This document shows positions 10,400 through 24,472 of a DNA stretch of 64,000 nucleotides, in pieces (the first letter of the stretch is position 1; each line of letters opens with the position of its first letter). A program made the position numbers and the translations under genes. The notes under the pieces were generated by a model. That model searched no databases and was not told the DNA's origin. It saw only the letters and a list, made by a program, of their open reading frames with translations. The DNA is taken from the NCBI GenBank assembly GCA_964016885.1, contig OZ024748.1, positions 25,172,001 to 25,236,000 on the forward strand. Reading direction: 5' to 3'. Origin of the DNA: Eledone cirrhosa. Lineage: Eukaryota.

Positions 10400-12958
10400 C
10401 TCTAGTGGTTCAACAAACGACGAACCAGCACCAGCCTGACCGCTCAACAGACATGTGCACCTTTAACGTGGTTTTCTCTCAGAGAGATTCGGCAAGGCAA
10501 GACTGGCCTTGTTTTGAATTATAGGTGTAACTCATTTTTGCCAGTTAAGTGGACTGGAGCAACGGGACACCAACATTCATTTCACCATATTTATTCAGAA
10601 TAAAGCACATATTTACACACAACGATCAACACACGTACATTCTACTTCGAACAGTCTATACGAAAATGAATTCACTCAGATATGTTTGGCTAATCTTCCC
10701 AAGAAAATAGTCTTGAATTATTCACTTACAAAATATTTTCCACGAGTTCTTTTTTTTTACGGGAGGGGTGTTTTTTGTGAAGAAGAAGAAGAAGAAGAAG
10801 AAGAAGTAGAAGAAGTAGAATGCTCATAACCCTTGTTCAAGGTCTCAAGGACGGGACTGGTGGGAGGAAGACAGAAAGTTATCCTCAGATCAAATACGTG
10901 GCCTAAATGCTTGTAACAGAGTGAACTCCATTCATGGCACTTAAGGGTTAGGTGGTGGTGTTAAACTGGGAAACAGATTAAGTCTACCACCCACTTCTGG
11001 TGGGCTTCCACGCTGTTTCTGCTTACTAAATTTCACTTACAACGCTTTGCACAAGTCGAAGTTATAATTAAAACCACTTTTCTAAGATGGCCGCCCAGTA
11101 GAATGGCAACTAAAACCACGTAACTACAAAGCAAATGTCTTAATCATACAGCCGCAGAAACTATAAAATGTTTTATAGCTTCTGTTTCATAGTTTGTATT
11201 TTTCTCAAGTTGTGCATGTTACTAGTTTTGTGAGTTGAACAGTAAACAGTCTAATTTTCATAGTCCCATTATCTAATTGTGTTCTGCAGTAAGGAGCCAG
11301 CATAGTAGCATTTTCCCAAATACAACAGATTTCATTTAATTCGCTAATAATGCATACAAGCCCAGTTGATTTAATTGGAATATAAACATACTTTTTACTG
11401 CAGTTAGACTGCATCGTAATAAAACTGTGTAAACAAAAACGTATGTTTAGAAAACGGCAAGCGGAATTTGAAAATGGAATTAGAAAATTTCGCCGTAACT
11501 TTGTCTTAATAAAATAATCTAATAACGGGACGTAAAATCTCAGAACGGTAAAAGATGGGCATCAGTACACAAGTGTTTAAATATAAGAATACATATATAA
11601 AGGAAATTCCCTGTTTAATACTCCTTTCTACTGATTTAATATTTTACTATTGATTTAGGGAAGGGGTGGGCTAAAGTTTATATGGGTTTTTTTATGTATT
11701 CGTAAAGTTTGTAGGAAGAGTTTTAGGGATGAAAAAGGTCATGGGTTGAATGGTTCACTCTGGGTGAGATTGGATAAATGGAAATTGTTTGGAAGCCCGT
11801 TACATGGGCTGTACCAGTAATTCAAATGACCTGGCTTGCCTCACTCTATCATACTGAATCTATCTCCCAGACATTAAGAGTGAACATGTCTGCCGAATAC
11901 TCAGTCACTTGCACATTAATTTCATGGGCAGATTGTTCCGTTGATCGAACAATTGTAAGACTCTTCGTCGAAACCGACAGAGGTCCGTTCCAGTCCATTC
12001 CTGCTCAGTGTTTGATTACACTAAACAATTCAATGTAGAACCTTCACATTACTTCTGTACACTTACAACGATATGTTATTATATGAATTCTTTCAGACAA
12101 AAATAGAGCCTTTATCAGTGTAAATACTTTAAAAGATACCATTAAAAAATACTACCTTTTCTAAATGTTCATTTATTTATTATTATTATTGTTATTATCA
12201 TCACCATCATCATCTTCATCATCATGCAATCATCTTTCAGACTATACTCCCAGAGCCTCATCACTGTCATACATGTGACCAAAACAGAAGTTAAATTACA
12301 AATGGCTTCGCTATAATTGACAGAGTATGAAGGTATGTGTTATGAAGTTTTTTTCTGCGTTTACCTATTACATCTAACATCGCAATAGAAACATAGAAAC
12401 GTTTGTGTGTTGTTGTTTTTTCCTCCAGAATAAGTGCCAAAGAATGTATGTCTATCATCAAGAAAACTGTTAAACATTCCCAGTATTATTTTGATTGCTG
12501 TCATCGCCTTTCTTCGTTGTTCATTCCTTATGTTTCTTTTCTAAAACTCATTGTCTTCCAATTGTAATTCTATATAAGTTTTCCTTGTCTTACCTTTTCC
12601 CTCGCTCTCTTTGTCACTCCTCCCCCACCACTTCTTTATCTCACTTCAATTGTTCCCTTATTTTATTTATATATGTTTTCGTCTCATCTGTTATATTTGT
12701 CTTTATTTCTTCCGTTTTCCAATTATTCTTCGTTATCTCTTTTATCGTCCTTTTCCTTCATTTTTATCTGCCACTATTCATGCTGCGACTAACTAAACGA
12801 TAAACTAATAACTAACTAAGCGATATACAAATTAAGACTGATTCTATTATCCAATAACACTACTAGGAAGCGAACACTATCTCAAACTTATTACGTGAAT
12901 GTATTTATGTCCGATTTCATGTGTGTGTGTGTACATATATATATATATATATAGTGAT

Positions 12959-13004
<46 letters not shown>

Positions 13005-13051
13005 GAAATGACACGAGGCTGGACTTGTGTAAATCCTTGAAAGGTTTATTA

Positions 13052-13110
13052 AACTATGATCATTTCAATGACCGGGTTCCGTATGAATCCGGTGATATCA
13101 TCAGGTATTC
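13052..13110 (-). ncRNA. Degenerate hammerhead-like motif
   Basis: gaatac CTGATGA [accgg...ccggt hairpin] GAAA tga TC atagtt, followed by AATAAA. Stem I is imperfect. Confidence 0.4.
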
Positions 13111-13472
13111 GAAATATAATAAGTGAATGTAATAGATAAAATCCATGGGGCTGAAAATCAAAGACCCGAGGACGACCGCCATCCAGCATCTTCCACCTTT
13201 GCCGGTCGCCCTATATATATATAGTGATAAAATTTGTTCCTAACGAAATACTCGTGACTGAATGAACCTGCAGAAGTAGAATCAGCCGGATCCATAGAAG
13301 GACCACGTCTCGAGCTACCTGCCGGAGAAACAATTGTAACACGCAATAAATTAAGTCCTGATGCATCACTGATTTTTCGTTTTCTTTATAATATCTACAC
13401 TCTACTCTGATAAATATCGAGGGCTAATTTTGGCATACCGCCTATGGAAACATCTTAGCTACCATTATACAC

Positions 13473-13526
<54 letters not shown>

Positions 13527-13613
13527 ATAATAATAAATTTGAAGACTAAAATCCAAAGAGGGCTCGATAAGGATAAATATATATCAGATATATAAGAAAC
13601 GTAGAGCAAATAT

Positions 13614-13869
<256 letters not shown>

Positions 13870-13948
13870 GGATTTACCAGTATAGACTAGTAAGACCATG
13901 TTCAGCAAAGTACTCGATATTTGGGAAAGTAGAGTGTATGTATAATGA

Positions 13949-14028
13949 AAAGTTAGTGCCCGGTGGCTGAGCTCAAGACATTACCTACCGTTGAAACGGC
14001 GTGATCTCAGCCGTCGGGCACTAACTTT
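13949..14028. repeat. Inverted repeat with 23-bp arms
   Basis: aaagttagtgcccggtggctgag / ctcagccgtcgggcactaacttt. Confidence 0.85.
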
Positions 14029-14642
14029 ACACTATATATATATTCGCAGTAATTAGGTCCCGGGTTCGTCTCCACTACGCAGCATCTTCAGCCAAGTGTC
14101 ATTTACCGTAACATTAGATCGATCTATTCTCTGTGAATGAATTTGGATGAAACTGGGTAAACAGAAACTGTTTGGAAGCCCGTGGGCTGTACCTATGTGT
14201 GATATAGTCTAGATACAATATAAACTCAATGTAATTGTTCGACCGACTAGAAATAAAGATCATCATCATCATCGGCGACATATTTATCATCATCCTAGTG
14301 TTTAGTTGAAAGTTCCAAGGAAATAAAAAAAAATAATGACGATTTCTTTTTTCAGAAACGACGCCATATTTGTTTTTATGTTTGTTGGGTTTTTTTTCTT
14401 GTTTTTGTGGGAGGAGTGCTTTATTCTATTTTATTTTATCCAAACATTCGTGTATTCTCAGTTTCTACCGTTTTCAACATGTTTCGGTGTAGAAATGTCC
14501 ACTTGCTCAGCTAAATAATTTGCCATTCCAAACATGTTTGGAAAAGAAGAATAGAAAGCTGTATTTGTTCAAGATATTTTCGGAATGCTATAATGCCATG
14601 AGTTTATGGTAGTTAACTTTTAGGCTTTTATTTTTATTGAGT

Positions 14643-14684
<42 letters not shown>

Positions 14685-15267
14685 CATATGTATGTTGGGG
14701 GCGCGTAAATATATATATATATATAGATATATATATACCCTTTATTCTTTCCTTACCTTATAAAATTATGTTTTTTCACAAAAAGGTATTCTGTCTCTTA
14801 TATATTCCATGTGCCATTACCAACCTCAATTTTCTCTATAACCTTCGTTTTGTGTAGAAACTTACACTTTTCATATATATAGATATATATACATATATAC
14901 ATAGAGCGGTCTCGCACAATCGAGCACGACTTGGTAGTATGTACTATATTTTCACTGAGGTTTTTAGATACCCATGTAGTAACGAGCAGACATAGACACT
15001 CATACAAACCTACCTGTGTGTGTGTGTGTGCGTGCGTGAGCCTACCTATATATGTGTGTGTGTGAATGTGTGCATGAGCCTAACTATATATGTGTGTGTG
15101 TGAGCCTATGTATATATGTGCGTGCGTTTGTGTGTGTGAGAGAGAGAGGGGGGAAAGAGAGAAAGCGCCTACCTATATGTGTATGGAAATATAGAAAGAT
15201 AGGTAGATAGATAGATAGGTAGATAGATAGATAGATAGATAGATAGGTAGATAGGTAGATAGATAGG

Positions 15268-15314
<47 letters not shown>

Positions 15315-15315
15315 G

Positions 15316-15394
<79 letters not shown>

Positions 15395-15575
15395 GTAGAT
15401 AGATAGTTGGTTCTTGAACCGAGAACGATTGATGAGTTTTCAGTTGTTCGATCCCTCAATAATCAAATAACAAACATCTGTTATTGTTTTGTTCCGCCAT
15501 AACTGACGTCTGGCGAGTCGTTTATACGCACGGCAGGAGCTGTAACGTAACGCTTTGGTGGCGGTCTCTGTGTCT

Positions 15576-16272
15576 GTAGGGAGCGTGTATGTGTGTGAAG
15601 GGAGCGTGTATGTGTGTGTAGGGAGCGTGTATGTGTGTGAAGGGAGCGTGTATGTGTGTGTAGGGAGCGTGTATGTGTGTGAAGGGAGCGTGTATGTGTG
15701 TGTAGGGAGCGTGTATCTGTGTGAAGGGAGCGTGTATGTGTGTGTAGGGAGCGTGTATGTGTGTGTAGGGAACGTGTATGTGTGGGAAGGGAGCGTGTAT
15801 GTGTGTGTAGGGAGCGTGTATGTGTGTGAAGGGAGCGTGTATGTGTGGGAAGGGAGCGTGTATGTGTGTGTAGGGAGCGTGTATGTGTGTGTAGGGAGCG
15901 TGTATGTGTGTGAAGGGAGCGTGTATGTGTGTGTAGGGAGCGTGTATGTGTGTGTAGGGAACGTGTATGTGTGGGAAGGGAGCGTGTATGTGTGTGTAGG
16001 GAGCGTGTATGTGTGTGAAGGGAGCGTGTATGTGTGGGAAGGGAGCGTGTATGTGTGTGTAGGGAGCGTGTATGTGTGTGTAGGGAGCGTGTATGTGTGT
16101 GAAGGGAGCGTGTATGTGTGGGAAGGGAGCGTGTATGTGTGTGTAGGGAGCGTGTATGTGTGGGAAGGGAGCGTGTATGTGTGTGTAGGGAGCGTGTATG
16201 TGTGTGTAGGGAGCGTGTATGTGTGGGAAGGGAGCGTGTATGTGTGTGTAGGGAGCGTGTATGTATGTGTAG
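15576..16272. repeat. 21-bp minisatellite, about 33 copies
   Basis: Unit g(t/a)agggagcgtgtatgtgtg(t/g), derived from (TG)n. Confidence 0.96.
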
Positions 16273-17829
16273 GTGTTTGTGTAGGTCTCTGTGTCTGTGT
16301 GTGTAGGGAGCCTGTATATGTGTATGTGTGTGTAGGTGTTTGTGTATGTCTCTGTGAGTGTATGTGTGGAGAGGGGGTGGCGTATTTTAAGCTTCCGACC
16401 AGCCAGCTGATAAAACGACGTGGGTCTTTCTCTCACCGGTTGAAACCCTGCCAATACATTTACAGTATGTTAATGAGCCAAATCTCTTTCAGATTTACAC
16501 CCTTAAAAAAGAAAGAACACTTTGGATAATGGAGTCCTAGATACAACTTTGTCTGGAACAACAAAGACGAGATGGTAACGGCTGGAATGCCTTTGATCAG
16601 GTTTACTCAGTCAATGATGAACTACGGGAGATTTATGTCTAAGGAATTCAACATAGAATCATGATCCTTGTGAAAAGTTACTGTGTCATCAAAAACTGTC
16701 ACTGTGTCAACAAAGTGTTATTATAACCAGCAGAGCGGTTACTATGACAAAAAGTATCAAGACCAACGATTATTATGTTAGCAAGAAGTCATAACAAGTG
16801 GAAAGGTTTTTATATCATGACCTATAACAAAGAATTCAGGGACTGAAGAAAATAAAGTGCCCTGTTCAGGGACACAACATGCCACTGGGAATCGAACTCA
16901 TGGCCTTAAAACAAGAGATAAACTCCAGAGGAATTGCTTTTCGGCTGAAAATAATTTCGCATCGAATATAGAATATCTGTAATAGGAAAGAATTCAGTCA
17001 CAAAGAAGGATTTCTACAGCCTCTTCATTTTTATAGTGGCTGAATTTATAAAACAGTGTGGCATGTTTATATAATATATGAATCAAACATACAAAGCTTA
17101 TACTGTTTTAGAAGTAGCTACTGCTGTGTACCAGCTCCAGTAGTAACCTCACCAAAAACCCTCACCCATTCCTAAAAAACAATAACTCCTTTATTTATGA
17201 AACCCTCCTTAGATTGACAATGACTTAGAATAAGCTTTACTATGTCACTGTGCTTTTACTGTTATCAAACTGGCCTAAATTATATCAAATCTTTACTGAA
17301 AAGGTTTAGCTTTTGGTTGTTGTTTTTTGTTGTTTTTTTGTGGGGGGGGGGGTCTGTTTTTTTGTTTTTGTTTTTGTTTTTTACAACTCTAGTTCTGCAC
17401 TGAACAAACCGGCAAAACTTCTATTTAAAAGCCTCCTGGAACTCGCTACCTCACTACTAACCATAGCCATATCTTCCACCCAACCCGAAAACGAGACCTT
17501 GATAACCCAGAAACTAAATTCTCTTCGTCTAGAGAGTCCATGGCAGGTTTTGCTCTTTCATGTCTGAACGAACAAAATACAGATAAGACAAGTTAGTTTT
17601 AGTTTGCTAGCGTCCTCAGCTCATCTTCTGGTCGTCTGCTACTAACGTGTCTTAAAGCCACACGGATGTAATGGATCAATGAGGCGACTTGAAAAACTGA
17701 TAAAAATACATGTTATACACACAGCAGAAAGATTACTTGAAAGACAAGCGTTTATAACTCGTGTGTGTGTGTATGCGTATGCTTATGTGTTTGTATGTAT
17801 TTATGTATGAGTGTGTTGAACTTCCGTTG

Positions 17830-18105
17830 GTTTCGACGATGAGCATTGCTGTTTATTTGATCAAAGGGACAGCTCGAGAAATTAACGTTTACCCTTAAAA
17901 CTTAACATAGTTTTCAGAGAGGTTCTGTGTGACACAAGATTTTTGAACTACAGATACACCTTTTTTTTTTCATCAGCTGAGTAAACTAGAGCAACAAGAA
18001 ATAAAGTGTCTTGCCCAGGGACACAACACTCGGTCTGGTCCAGGAATCGAACTCACGGCCTTATGATCGTGAGCCGAACATACTAACCACTAAGCCACGT
18101 CCCTT
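17830..18105 (-). mobile_element. tRNA-derived CORE-like SINE family B
   Basis: The minus strand reads cgtggcttagtggttag...gagttcgattcct (A and B boxes), then tgtgtccctgggcaagacactt...ctcagctg (CORE-like). Confidence 0.82.
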
Positions 18106-18194
18106 TCACTGTAAATCAAGTAATAGGTATTCTTATCAACCCATCACACTTATATAATGAATTGAAATATTTATTTAAACATCGGAAAAAATAG

Positions 18195-18535
18195 CCGCCC
18201 ACGTAAGGAAGGAGCCTGGTTTTGAGTGGCTGTTGCAGCGGGTGTCGCTGTCGTTCTGCATGGCAATACCGTCGCCATTTTTTTGAGAGATATAGTTCAG
18301 ATTGGGGTGTAGAGTCTGCCCCCCACCCCCACCCCACCGCCACGTCTATTCATTTCGTTAATTTCTTTCATTTTATTTCTTTTCTTTTCTTTTCTTTTCT
18401 TTTCTTTTCTTTTCTTTTCTTTTCTTTTCTTTTCTTTTCTTTTCTTTTCTTTTCTTTTCTTCTATATTTCATTTCCTTATTGCTATATATAATGTTTTCT
18501 GTAAACAAAAGTTTCATTCAATAAAGAAAAAAAAC
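18195..18535 (+). mobile_element. CRE-like retroelement 3' fragment
   Basis: gagtggctgttgcagcgggtgtcgctg encodes EWLLQRVSL, homologous to the 52140-52170 segment. It is followed by a (CTTTT)n UTR, AATAAA and an A-tail. Confidence 0.7.
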
Positions 18536-18717
18536 GACAAAAAAACAATGGTGAACATGAGATTTTAAGTGGCAGGGGGAGTGGGGGTTGGAAAACTCCG
18601 TATCAATCAAAGATTTGGTTACTCTCATCTGTAAGAGATTCCCTATGTTGAATGCATTAGATACAAAAAGCAAAGAAGAAATACGGTGAATATATCTACA
18701 TCCCAGATGATGATGTA

Positions 18718-18757
18718 CTCTGAGATATATTTAACTCAGGTTAAATATATCTCAGAG
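18718..18757. repeat. Perfect 18-bp hairpin with a 4-nt loop
   Basis: ctctgagatatatttaac-tcag-gttaaatatatctcagag. Confidence 0.9.
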
Positions 18758-18932
18758 AAAATAATTCTGTATGAGAAAACAGGGAGTCTGTCAGAGCAAG
18801 TCCTCCTCCTCCCCCTCCACTTCAGTCAGTGCTGTGAATAAACTGCTTGAACTAAAGCTTACAAACCATTTTCTGATTAAATGCAGGTTTATAGTTTATA
18901 TATAGAAATAGACAGAAAGAGAGAGGGGGAGA

Positions 18933-18997
<65 letters not shown>

Positions 18998-19147
18998 AAA
19001 TGATGCCATCAGTTAGTGTTTCCCAAACGGGAATTTACTACCGTGCAGGGGGAGGAAGGGACAAGCTGTTGTGTTTGGAAAACTTCAATAGATGGAGAGG
19101 AAAAATAAAATGATGAGGAAGGTAAGGGTGCTGCTAATGATGATGAT

Positions 19148-19198
<51 letters not shown>

Positions 19199-19224
19199 CC
19201 ATTATTTCTAGCATATTATGGCCC

Positions 19225-19705
19225 TTTTCATTCAGTGTTCAAATCCTGCTGAAATTAGCTTTGCCTTTTCATCCTTACGGGGTTGATAAAATAAAGTACC
19301 AGTAACACACTGGGGTAGATTTAATCGACTTTCCCCTCCCCTTCCCTTCAAATTGTTGGCATTGTGCCAAATATAGAAACAATTATTACTTCTAGCATTT
19401 AAGAAGATAGATTGGCAGAATCGGTAGAGCGTCAGACAAAATACAAGCAGTATTTAGTTACGACTTTGTACGTTCTGAGTTCAAATCCCATTGAGGTTAA
19501 CTTTAACTCGGTATCGATAAAATAAAGTACCAGTGATGTACTACGGTCAATATAATTAACTTTCTTCTTCCCTCAAATTGCTGACTTTGTACCAGTTTTT
19601 GAAAGAATTTTATTGCATTGAACTTTTTTTTTCTTAAGTAATAATTGTTTCTACTTTTGGCACAAGGCCAGCAATTATCCCAGTGTATTACTGGTACTTT
19701 ATTTT
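19225..19705 (+). mobile_element. SINE family A, two tandem copies plus an inverted tail fragment
   Basis: Same diagnostic blocks; follows (AAT)n. Confidence 0.85.
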
Positions 19706-22196
19706 TCTTAAGTAATAATGAGTAGTAGTAGTAGTAGTAGTAGTCTTTCTATTATGGCCACAAGGACGACGGATAAAGGGAATATTATAAGGAGGTAGGG
19801 GAATGAAATGGACCTCCATCGCTTTCGACGATGAGTGTTCTAGTCGTTCGATCATCAGAAACGCTTGTTGTGTAAGTGGCTGAGTATTCCACAGACTTGT
19901 GTACACTTAACGTAATTCTCAGGGAGATTCTGCATGACAGTGTTTAACAAGGCTGGCCCTTTGACTTACAGATAGAGTCCATCAGACCAGCTTCCAAACA
20001 GTTTCGGTCCACCCAATTTTGAAGACAGTAGGGTGTGATTTAAAGGGGTTTAACTTCTATTTATGTTCGATCAAGCGAGTGCCCATAGTTTCTTTTATCT
20101 GGGTGTTTGTATTGTAGCTAGATCAGATCACAACACAGGCCACCATGTCGATCACTTCTAGTATTTTTATCAAAACCATGCCAGAAATAACAAAATACAG
20201 ATGCTCTGATTTAAAGACTTGCTTCTATTTCAATACACATCTTTTAATGCTATAACAAAATAGAAAAAAAATCCTGAAATTTGCCTTATCGTGAATTCTT
20301 TGTGTAGCTTTCATACCGCCATACCAAGGTTAGCCGAAATATATTTACTCACAAATTAGGTTTCTTATCTAAGAACACAACAGTAAATATTTACCCACTG
20401 TGCAACTAATTAAACTAGTTAGTAATTAAGTTAGTGTTAATATATTCAATAGAGGGGGCACTAAATAGTTAATTAGATGTAATTATGTGGTGTAAAAAAA
20501 TACAGTATTAGTCGAAGACTAATATTATTTCTCCCACTTGGTGTCACCATTTCCCATTCAATGGCGTTACACTAAACATGAGTAGGTGTAAAGAATGATG
20601 TGCTCATTCTCTGAGATGCTATAAAATAGCTTATAAAATAGGGTGAAGACCCTTAAAAGTCGGAAAAGTTGCCATCGGTCGCTATGAGGAATCGAACCCC
20701 ATATCTCACAGATATCAACTAGGTATATTTCTCCTCCCTTCTTTGTAAATTATATATTTCATGGATTATGAACACATATACAGGAATCAAGCAACAAGAT
20801 CCCAGATCTCATTTGCTTACCAAATGGGGTGGACCTCATCAGATCGGACCAAAGAAACAATGTTTCCATTGGTCTTGCCATTGCTGATACTATCTACCGG
20901 TCAATTTTAATCTCTCTTCTACATCTACAACTAAAACATCTAAATTTCAATGTTTCATGTTCTCCGGGTTGTTTCCTAAAACATCACTGTTTAATTTCAG
21001 ATGCTCATTAACAAGTGTTCTTTATACATTCTTTTTTAACATAGAGTCACCAATTACTAAATGTTCGCTATATCGTCCACACTTGAGCAAGGCTTCGTAA
21101 ATATTTAACAACCCAATACTGCAAAATATTTCATCAATTCATAATGAATTTCCATTTAACATTCGTTGTATTAGGTCCAGTAAATTGGCCTATTTGTTGA
21201 TTTCATTTACAGCAATGAAGTACACTAAGTTTGATTAGGTGGTATAATCAGTTCTTTAGTTTTAGTTTAGTGTTGACATACTTATGTGGAAGAGTATCTG
21301 CTTCTTGTTCTGCTTCCTGTGTGGTGCCAACACCCATGGACTGACATCAACATGCACTTCATACAGTTTCTGGTTACTTTCGTCAACATTCAAAATGTGT
21401 TTCTTGGGAAACATATACTTCTGTCATGGAGGTGTAAAGTTAGTCGCCTTCTGTATAAAAATTATTTTCGTGTATCAATATGGCGGTTATGATTCCTGTT
21501 GAGAACGTCATGTATTTTTCTTGACAACATTCGGTTGAAGATGGTGATATATTTTCTGGTTTACGAGCCAAACTGCTACTTTAAATTGCTACTTGAAACT
21601 GCCATAAAAGTGTTGGCATTATTGATGTGTATCTTCATCATCATGTTTAGTTGTTGACATGTGTGTTCGGAACCAATGGCATTTCACTCTTTGTAACAGA
21701 TATATTCTTGTCCTGAAATTCACGCCAGGTTTCCCGCTCACTTCTCTTCAACACCAGGATACTACAAATGGATGATTTCTCTTCAGCGCCAAGAATACGA
21801 CAAGTAGATGGAGTAGGTGTGTGGAGATTGAAGGAAGAGTTTTAATAAGCTGGAAGATATCAGCAGAATCATTTTTGTACCACTTGGTAGTGTGTATCAC
21901 TGACCTCCGGAAATATGAAAACGTTATCTTAAAAGGTGAAACAAGTATGCGGATTAGAAGTCTGATTATTCCACCAATGTTTTCCTTCCTCCAGAAAACA
22001 TAGGAAAGCCTATGTAATTATATTTCTCGGTCGGTTAACTAGAAGCAGGGATCATGAAAATGATGCATTTTACGGTGGCCATTTTACAAAACGAAATTGG
22101 CGTCAATACAGGTGTCTATGCAAATGCTGAAATTATGTTTTCGAATTGCCGAGCTCTGAAGACTCTAGAAATGTGTAGATTTGCTAATCTCTAGAA

Positions 22197-22620
22197 CAAG
22201 GGTCGGCAACCTTTTGGTGTTTGCGGGCCACATTGCTATGCAGTGTCTTGTCGGCGGGCCATATCAAAATATAATCAAATTGCTCAACCGCAGACTGTCC
22301 AGAAGACTTCCTTAATCTCAGGATTTAAAGAAGAACAATGAATTTTATGTGATATTACATTAATGACATTCCTTACTACGAATAAAATACAAGTAGAAAT
22401 GGTAAATTGTTTAATGAGATACTATCTGTCTGAGTTTGTTTGTTACTGTCAAGAAAAATTATGTTCAGCAAAGTAAGTCTTGTGGTTAGACGTGTTCTCT
22501 AGTCGGTATTCTAATCCAAAATAATTCGGAGCACTTTTTTAGGAATTGCTTAGTCTAAGATTGAATCCTGTTGGCGGGCCGGACAAAAATCCTCCGTGTG
22601 GTGGGGTTTGCCGGCTCCTG
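22197..22620. mobile_element. hAT (Charlie-like) MITE
   Basis: TIRs caagggtcggcaacc / ggtttgccggctcctg, with a perfect 8-bp TSD ctctagaa at 22189-22196 and 22621-22628. Confidence 0.9.
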
Positions 22621-22979
22621 CTCTAGAATCTTGAACGAAAAAAACAATAAATCTGAATTCCTGGCTCAGGTGATGTTAAACTGGGTGATGGATTAAGTCT
22701 ACCACCTAAATTTAGTCATCTGTCTTTCATCAACCTAACTGTTGAAATCACTGATATTTTAGAAATACTCACAGGAATAGGTCATTAAGATAAAAGATTT
22801 ATCCACGTAATAAACGGTTACTCCACTGAGTTACTGTTAATGATTTGTTTAGTAACCCTATGGGTATAATTTCAATTAATTAGTATTACCTGGCCCACTA
22901 CACCAAGTACGTTTACCGCCATTTTGCTATTATAAATATACTGCCTTCCATTTTCAAATAATTTTGATAAGGTTCAGGA

Positions 22980-23130
22980 ATTTTGAGTTCAAATCCCATT
23001 GAGGTTAACTTTGCCTTTCATCATTACGGGGGTCGATAAAATAAAGTACCAGTAATGCACTGGGGTCAATTTAATCGACTTTCCCCTCTCCTTACATTTG
23101 CTGGTTATGTGCCAAAAGTAGAAACAATTA
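22980..23130 (+). mobile_element. SINE family A, 5'-truncated
   Basis: gagttcaaatccc...gcctttcatcattacgggggtcgataaaataaagtaccagt...tagaaacaattatt. Confidence 0.85.
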
Positions 23131-23183
23131 TTATACTAAGCACATGTAACTGGGAGGGAGCATGGATGTATAGTTACAAAGTT

Positions 23184-23299
<116 letters not shown>

Positions 23300-23863
23300 A
23301 TGTGTGTGTTTATCTGTGTGTATATCAATAAAGGACCGAGAAAACCAAAAACAAATGCTTCTTTATGAATGAAGTCCTTAAAGAAATTTGTTCGACTCCG
23401 AGTCACAGACACTCCTTTGTCACTCGGACAGTCAGAAATACGATGACCCACTCACTGGCTAGTCGCAATCCTTCAACCGACGGTTCCCTTATTCAAAAAT
23501 GATAATATGGATATGCGTGTGTGTGTGCGTGTGTGTGTGTGTGTAAACTATGGAATAAAGGGTTTTTCTGGTGATAGGGTTACGTCTTTATGCACTACAG
23601 ACTATATAATACTAATTTAACTGGTAGCCACATCTCGTCAGAAACGAGACATTGAGGGCGATTGCGTTTGGTCAGATGAAGTTCATCCTCTTAGTGAGTA
23701 TATATAAACATATATGATATACAGATACACATTTAAATATATGTGTGTGTGAACGGTCAGGACTGGCTTACTTCCCCTTTGGTATCAAGTTACTTGTCAC
23801 AGAAAGTCAATTTTCGTATCACACTAGTCGATGTACATCGGAGTGGTGTGGGGGATAGTTAAT

Positions 23864-23981
23864 CCCCGCTGAAGACGCGACTCTAGCCACTTACGCAATC
23901 TTAACTAACAGTACATAATGTCTACGCACGGTAGTTCCAATCGAACTAACTAGTCACAGAAACTAATGCATTGGATCGGGG
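23864..23981 (+). ncRNA. Degenerate hammerhead-like motif with a long stem II insert
   Basis: ccccg CTGAAGA cgcgact...agtcaca GAAA ctaatgcattgg AT cgggg. Stem I is perfect and stem III is near-palindromic, but the UH site is altered. Confidence 0.45.
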
Positions 23982-24099
23982 CAGGAAAATTAAATTTTCT
24001 ACCCACACAAAATCGTTTTTCTCACTAATTAACGTATAAGTGTGCACTCTAATTTTCTTGGGTCTTAATAATACAGATAGATATAGATAGATATATATA

Positions 24100-24327
24100 T
24101 TGCCATGGCTTTGCACCGAGGCACAAGCCTGGGTAAGGTGTGTTTGTGTAAGACAAGCAGTCACCTATGCATGTCAGTCTCCCCTCTCCACACCACCGAT
24201 GTTGTCCAAGGGAAGGGTAATAGTCGATACAGATTGGCACCAGTGACTCAAGTACACAACTCGCCGCCTGGGATTCGAACTCACAATCTTATGATTGTGA
24301 CCTCAACGCTCTAACCGCAAAGCCACG

Positions 24328-24333
<6 letters not shown>
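24100..24333 (-). mobile_element. tRNA-derived SINE
   Basis: Head gcgcgtggctttgcggttagagcgttgagg...gtgagttcgaatcccagg on the minus strand. Confidence 0.72.
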
Positions 24334-24375
<42 letters not shown>

Positions 24376-24391
24376 CACACGCACACACACG

Positions 24392-24472
<81 letters not shown>

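Noticed and set aside
15522-16529. 310-aa (HIHAPYT)n and 324-aa (VYVCVGS)n ORFs
   Set aside because: These come from a 21-bp minisatellite derived from (TG)n; it is open on both strands because of its composition.
17975-18105. tRNA genes at A-box/B-box matches
   Set aside because: The heads continue directly into SINE body sequence and do not form a complete cloverleaf.
20800-22000. Coding-like minus-strand stretch, possibly a decayed transposase
   Set aside because: Stops occur in the frames I examined and there is no motif I can assign. It needs a blastx or HMM search.
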